Positions 58,797 through 64,000 of a stretch of DNA of 64,000 nucleotides are shown here, one piece after another. Positions within the stretch are counted from its first letter, which is position 1; each line of letters starts with the position of its first letter. The notes beneath the pieces were generated by a model. It saw only the letters and a list, made by a program, of their open reading frames with translations. It searched no databases and was not told the origin of the DNA. Source of the DNA: Mayamaea pseudoterrestris (lineage: Eukaryota); the NCBI GenBank assembly GCA_027923505.1, contig BROI01000001.1, positions 2,046,001 to 2,110,000 on the forward strand. Direction: 5' to 3'. The position numbers and the translations under genes are program-made.

Positions 58797-59999
58797 ATGT
58801 TTCTCTATCGCTCTTCTGCAAGGACGGCGCGACAGCTGAGTCACGTCGTTGGAGTAAGTCATGCGCCTGCGTTTATCAATGCTGCCTCCTTCGATTGTTT
58901 TCGTCGGACAGTCGACAGCACTGCCCGTTTTGAAAGACTTTATACATATAATCTCACAAATAATCATAAATTGCAGCATAAACGCTCCATGGCTACCGTT
59001 CAAATGGCTGTCCGCGAGGCAATCAACCAAGGGATTGACGAGGAAATGGCGCGCGATCCATCCGTATGGATTTTGGGCGAGGAAGTTGCCCAATACCAAG
59101 GAGCGTACAAGGTTACCAAGGGTTTATATGAAAAGTACGGAGATGCTCGTGTTATCGACACTCCCATTACTGAAATGGGATTTACTGGATTGGCCATTGG
59201 AGCCGCCTACAAGGATACCAAACCGATTGTGGAATTCATGACGATGAATTTTAGCATGCAGGCGATTGATCAAATTGTAAACAGTGCAGCCAAGCAATTC
59301 TACATGAGCGCCGGAGACATTGCTTGTCCAATTGTCTTTCGTGGACCAAACGGTTTCTCGGCTGGAACGGCGGCCCAGCATTCGCAATGCTTTGCCGCGT
59401 GGTACTCGTCTTGCCCTGGCCTCAAGGTTGTTGCTCCCTACTCGAGTGAGGATGCCAAGGGACTCATCAAGGCTGCCATTCGTGATCCAAACCCAGTTGT
59501 TGTCTTGGAGCATGAGTTAATGTATGGCGTTAGCTTTCCCATGTCGGATGAGGCGCAGTCAGAGGACTGGGTGACTCCGATTGGCAAGGCCAAGATTGAG
59601 GTTCAAGGCAGTGACGTGACTCTCATTTCATTTTCCAAGACTGTCGGCCTATGCATTGAAGCGGCAGAAGCCATGAAGGAAAAGGGCGTTTCCGTAGAAG
59701 TGATCAACTTGCTTTCTCTGCGTCCGCTGGACCGCAAAACAATTATTGAAAGCGTCAAAAAGACTGGCCGAGTCGTCACTGTCGAACAAGGATGGCCTCA
59801 GTGTGGCATAGCCTCGGAGATTGCTGCCATTTTGATGGAAACTGATGCATTTAATTACCTTGATGCACCCATGGAGCGTGTGACTGGAGCTGATGTTCCG
59901 ACGCCCTATGCGGCCGAGTTGGAGATTGCATGCTTTCCAGTATTGGATGATGTAGTTTCCGCCATTGAACGCACCACCTATCGTCGCATGGTTGCTTAA
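58797..59999 (+). CDS. PDHB: Pyruvate dehydrogenase E1 beta, mitochondrial (intron 58854-58976)
   Basis: [13 protein letters not shown]…[17 protein letters not shown]…[11 protein letters not shown]…[15 protein letters not shown]…AAQHSQ. Arg/Ser-rich presequence. Confidence 0.97.
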   Translation: MFLYRSSARTARQLSHVVGVSHAPAFINAASFDCFRRTVDSTARFERLYTYNLTNNHKLQHKRSMATVQMAVREAINQGIDEEMARDPSVWILGEEVAQYQGAYKVTKGLYEKYGDARVIDTPITEMGFTGLAIGAAYKDTKPIVEFMTMNFSMQAIDQIVNSAAKQFYMSAGDIACPIVFRGPNGFSAGTAAQHSQCFAAWYSSCPGLKVVAPYSSEDAKGLIKAAIRDPNPVVVLEHELMYGVSFPMSDEAQSEDWVTPIGKAKIEVQGSDVTLISFSKTVGLCIEAAEAMKEKGVSVEVINLLSLRPLDRKTIIESVKKTGRVVTVEQGWPQCGIASEIAAILMETDAFNYLDAPMERVTGADVPTPYAAELEIACFPVLDDVVSAIERTTYRRMVA

Positions 60000-60233
60000 A
60001 TTTGCTAGGTCGCTGCATAAATAGTCACCGTAATTAATCTATTTGTTAATAGGACAATCTGTTTCGTTAATGCATGTCTATCTATCTGTTTCTATTTGTA
60101 TATATTTGGAGTGCATGGGAATGATGCGACTCCTGTCGAGATTTTGGAGCTTGCACAATCCTGTTGAAAATCAATGATAAGAAACAGGTAAGAAGATAAG
60201 ATGCGACAGTTCATGCTCTTCTCACAATTGTAT

Positions 60234-60313
60234 TTCCTTCCATCTGATTGATGTTATCATCAGGTGATCATTGAATGTAGTTAAAGGTTGAATTAATCGT
60301 CATGTGGAAGGAA
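60234..60313 (-). ncRNA. Putative orphan box C/D snoRNA
   Basis: 9-bp terminal stem TTCCTTCCA/TGGAAGGAA, C box ATGACGA (60303-297), D' ATGA, C' CTGATGA (60263-257) and D box CAGA (60246-243). It ends 73 nt before the 3' splice site. Confidence 0.55.
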
Positions 60314-60333
60314 TGCATCAAAGAGGCTGCCAA

Positions 60334-60429
60334 TGATTTCTCAGATTTTATTTTTGTACACTTTACGTCGAATCAGCATGACCAAGAGGTCAATCTGTCC
60401 GCCCGACGATACTATCCTCATTGAAACCA
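60334..60429 (-). ncRNA. SNORD43: Box C/D snoRNA, U43/SNORD43/snR70 homologue (guide for the SSU rRNA decoding-site Cm)
   Basis: Stem TGGTTTC/GAAATCA, C box ATGAGGA, guide CGTCGGGCGGA followed by D' CAGA, C' ATGCTGA and D box CTGA. The guide is complementary to SSU ACCGCCCGUCG with one U-U mismatch. CGGGCGGACAGA matches human U43 as recalled. Confidence 0.82.
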
Positions 60430-60473
60430 GCAACCGTTGATAAAACTAAAACGACACACGGCACATACCTGAT

Positions 60474-62390
60474 TCATTCTTCGAAATGCAACTCGCGCTC
60501 GTCCGCTAGACCGCTCCCCTCGGGGGGTCGATACGTGTCTCGCAAGTTGTAGATCAAGGACAGAGAATGCTCCACATCCTCAAGCTCGGGCAAGATGCCA
60601 GTTTTCACATCGCGGTTGTAGAAACCCTTCATCGAAGGCCCAAACACTGACTTCATGTCAGAACAGGTCTTTTGCAAGAAACCGAACGAACGCGTTGAGT
60701 TGCCCAAGACCGAAAGCGTTGTCGTATGTGCCTTTAACTGATACATTGACTTCCAGTAGGATCCTGCCGCATATCCACCTTGCGTCAGCTGCGCCATACT
60801 CTGAGGGAGGACAGTCGCCAGCGACTGCTCGGGCTGATAGCGAACACCCATGCCTTCCATGAGGCAAAGCGTCTGCTCCGATATGGTCGTTCCGAGTGAG
60901 GCGGGTCGCATGGCTGCCGCCAAGCAAAAGTGAGTATGGTTTGACCGGTCTGTCGGAAGTGGGGAACATGCCGACAGTATGCCGTTCTCCGTAGTGTCTT
61001 TCATCCAAAGTCCAGGAAGTTCCTCTCGAGCTCGTTTGCACGACGTTTCTTGTTGGTGTTTCATGCGCAAATCGCGCTCCACACTCGTTCCTTGCTGCAG
61101 CTTGTTGATGGAAAAGTCGGTCGTTGGTAGCAAGCTATCCAATTCAAGCATTAAATGAGTGTTAGACGGCTTCATGGTTGTCAAAAATTCGGCAAACGAC
61201 AGGTACGGAACAGTTCCAAACGGAAATTCGCCTCCATACGATCCGCCGTAGTACGAGTTGAGAGCAATCCGCGCCGACTGGGCGGCTGATGGATGCAGCC
61301 TGTAGCACAAGGTGGCTGCTTCCAATGCAGCGGCAGCTTGCATGATTGAACAAGTATTGGAAAGCGGCAGAATGGCGTGCGCATGCTGAGACTGCTCCGC
61401 CAAGGCAAGACCCGTTTGTAATCGTCTTCGAACGTTCTGCACCTGCTGCGTCCGCCACGTTGGAATATCGACATGCTCCGCCTCTAAAGGCCCCATACTA
61501 GAGTCGTCTTGCTTCTGCTGCTCACTCATGCTGATCATCCACCGACTCGCCGACGGAACCTCCTGCTCCAGCTCCTGCAGCAGCTTGGTGGCCAAACCAT
61601 CGGCCCAGCTGCGACTACCTGCCACCACAACGCCTCCGCACGAGTCGCATTCCTCCAGCAGCCAGCGAAGTCGCTCCAAACAGTCATTTTCAAGCCACGC
61701 TGGCATGGTGTGTGTGTACGAATAGTAGTCGTAGTCTTGATCGAACGATGTCGTTGGTAGACTCAGCAGAGACTTGGGGTGATGGGGCGGCGCCAAGTAG
61801 TCGAACCAGCTTGTCGACGACGCAGCTTCCTTCTGTGTAGAGGTACGCCAATACTCTTCGAGTTGCGATTGTAGCAGAGGCTGCGTCTGACTCTTGAAAA
61901 GCTGTTGCTGGCGGTTGGAAATCTCTTGATCGTCCTCGTCCATCATGTCGTTTTCCTCATCCCAGTTCACTTGCCGCGACTTGCTTTGAAACGTACTCTG
62001 CGATCGATAGCGACTATGTGCATTCGTCGCCATGACTGTGGCAGAGTTTAAAAAGTCGTCAAACGCGTCGTTGACTGGTAAAGCTGCATCAGACTCCTGC
62101 TGCTGCTTCAAATCCAACCGCTCCGTTCCTCCCTTCCAGCAATCATTCACAACGTCGTCCGGTAGTAACGCACTGCTCCGCCGCCGCACCATGTTTCGTC
62201 CCTCATCGACGAACAAGACGCGAGGAACGTAAAGACTGTTGTGTAGAAGGTGCGAAAGGTTTACGTCGCAGTAAGCTTGATCATGGCTAGTCGAGGTGGC
62301 CGCCAAGCCTTGGAGGTTGATTAAATGAGTCGTCAATTCGCACGCCTCGGCGCCGAGTGCAAGATGCAGAATCTGGCGGCGATTGGACAT
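60474..62390 (-). CDS. MSTO1: Misato/DML1 tubulin-like protein
   Basis: RQILHLALG…THLINLQ…YVPRVLFVD (Misato segment II), WFDYL..PHHPKS, ERLRWLLEECDSCGG. Confidence 0.8.
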   Translation of the reverse strand: MSNRRQILHLALGAEACELTTHLINLQGLAATSTSHDQAYCDVNLSHLLHNSLYVPRVLFVDEGRNMVRRRSSALLPDDVVNDCWKGGTERLDLKQQQESDAALPVNDAFDDFLNSATVMATNAHSRYRSQSTFQSKSRQVNWDEENDMMDEDDQEISNRQQQLFKSQTQPLLQSQLEEYWRTSTQKEAASSTSWFDYLAPPHHPKSLLSLPTTSFDQDYDYYSYTHTMPAWLENDCLERLRWLLEECDSCGGVVVAGSRSWADGLATKLLQELEQEVPSASRWMISMSEQQKQDDSSMGPLEAEHVDIPTWRTQQVQNVRRRLQTGLALAEQSQHAHAILPLSNTCSIMQAAAALEAATLCYRLHPSAAQSARIALNSYYGGSYGGEFPFGTVPYLSFAEFLTTMKPSNTHLMLELDSLLPTTDFSINKLQQGTSVERDLRMKHQQETSCKRAREELPGLWMKDTTENGILSACSPLPTDRSNHTHFCLAAAMRPASLGTTISEQTLCLMEGMGVRYQPEQSLATVLPQSMAQLTQGGYAAGSYWKSMYQLKAHTTTLSVLGNSTRSFGFLQKTCSDMKSVFGPSMKGFYNRDVKTGILPELEDVEHSLSLIYNLRDTYRPPEGSGLADERELHFEE

Positions 62391-62857
62391 GGTAAAGCAT
62401 GCGTCAAATGCATATACTTAGGCTAGCAGGATCAATGCTGATACATGTTGACAAAGGACAAATCGAATGGTGTTGTGAAGAATGAGCGGCTCTGCGTGGC
62501 AAGCAACTCCTCGCGCGGGCGATGAGCGCGTACCGGTACTCAGTCATTGCGGTGAAAACTGCAGTACGTCGTAGAGTACTGGCATTAGTCATTTTGCAGT
62601 CATCAAACGCGCGAAATCGGAACCCATGCCGAACTCCAAGCACCAATCGCAAGCGCCCAAAAGTGCAGCGGTAGGAGTCGGTCGGGTGTGGCCATTCGCA
62701 AATGCGGGCAATACCGCTTCACGATCACCGCGTCGCCTATCGCTTCGCTTGCAGGAGACAATAGTAGCGCTGCTACTTCCTCCGCAGACTCGCATCTTTA
62801 GCGTGGACCTGAGTCAACGAGCCACTGTCAGAGCAACTACCGGTAGTGCAAGTGATT

Positions 62858-64000
62858 ATGGAAGCGCCAGTTTCGTTGAGTCCGGCAAGTCGCGTGACGC
62901 AGCAATCCACTGCGCCGGAGGGAGAAGCGGAGCGTTTCACTGATGCAGGTCATGACACGAATAATGCATTGACCATGGCGCAGGAGGAAACGGTGCGTCG
63001 ATTCGCCGCCTTGCTCTCCAGCGACGGCAAACCCGCGCCGCTAAAGGACCTTTCGTCACTGCTGGCTTCGTCCGTGGCGGAGGATTCGGTCATTTTGACG
63101 CTGCCGCTGCTGGATCTGCGTTACGCGGAAACGGACAATAGTTCGAGTAGCAGCAGCAGTGCGTTACCAAAGATTGGAGAAAAGAAGGTGATTCATAATG
63201 CTCATTGCAATAGTAGCAGACCAAGCATGACAGCCTCCGTCTTGTCAGGAACAAACGTTGATGGTGCAGGGGGATCTCTGCAGGTGACAGACTCCACCAA
63301 GGCATCATTATCAGCTACTACAAGTCACACCAAATCCACCTCCTGGACCAAGTCCACGTTAGCGTACGCCTCCCACGCGCTCGCCACCAACGTGACGGAT
63401 TTCTTCTCCAACCTCATTGACTCGCGGGTCAAGGCCTGGACGCTGCTGTTGCTGCGGCATTCACTGTCGACGGGCGACACGGAGAGTCGGGCGCGCCTCC
63501 TGGGCATGCTGTCCACCTCCATTTTAGTGCAGCAGGCAACCACCAATCTAAAGACCTTGCCCATGCCGTCGTCGGCGGCGGGGCAGCGCAAGGAAGCCGA
63601 TGTCATTTTGCCGCTGCTGTTGGAAGTGTTTCTGCAATTGTCGATTCAGGACAAGCCGTCGACGATCAAGTTGCTGGCGCCGGGAACTATATCAGGTGCG
63701 TACTACTTGTGGTGTGTGGTATCTTTGATTTTTAACACTTTCGCTTACTACCTTCTTTACAATTGCAGCTGACTTTGAACAAGCCACATTGTCGCCAGGA
63801 GCACTCAAGAAAGTTGTTATCAATCTCGATACCGGCATTATGCTTAGTTGCATGATTGATCAGGCCAGGCTTATTGTCTTCAAGGCTGTCGCCAACGTCA
63901 CCAAAGCCAAGCTACCCTCGTCCATGTCAACCGTCGGGGTCGGATCAACGGAAGACCATGCAAACACGGACAGCAGTAGTAAGGAAAAGCCTGCAAAGCA
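62858..64000 (+). CDS. Hypothetical protein, runs off the window (intron 63696-63768)
   Basis: ORF NVTDFFSNLIDSRVKAWTLLLLR…LPLLLE…APGTIS| continues in frame after the intron as ADFEQ…LDTGIMLSCMIDQARLIV to the window end. Confidence 0.7.

Larger units (their letters stand above)
60161..60468 (-). other. 308-nt 3'-UTR intron of the Misato gene, hosting two snoRNAs
   Basis: CAG|GTATGT donor 5 nt after the TGA stop. CTTAC branch-like site, pyrimidine tract and TTTTCAACAG acceptor ending at 60161. Confidence 0.7.

Noticed and set aside
60188..60263. Plus-strand GTAAGA…CATCAG intron-like segment
   Set aside because: Better explained as the reverse complement of the minus-strand branch site and snoRNA boxes.

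Overview
Compact, intron-containing eukaryotic nuclear DNA with about 31 genes in 64 kb, short GT-AG introns and both strands used. It is most likely a diatom (inference from bipartite signal+AF plastid presequences, DUF6824-like proteins, an RXL/KxxK-rich secreted protein and an arginase). Recognisable genes: prefoldin 2, a transcriptional cyclin, NOSIP, a DEDDy 3'-5' exonuclease, an EXO1-like nuclease, RMT2, a GRAM-VASt sterol transporter, a globin, CBP/p300, arginase, organellar TyrRS, SAP-INCENP, an SPX-EXS phosphate exporter, PUS7/TruD, a TauD dioxygenase, PDH E1 beta and Misato/DML1. Signals not visible in the ORF track: (1) three intron-encoded box C/D snoRNAs, namely a U43/snR70-like guide plus an orphan guide in a 308-nt 3'-UTR intron of Misato, and an LSU-rRNA guide in the long exonuclease intron; (2) a tandem pair of secreted HExxH metalloprotease-like proteins (choice-of-anchor-X-like motif, EGF, mucin-like stalk, basic tail) next to an RXL/KxxK-rich secreted protein. 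All calls are from manual reading and no searches were run.
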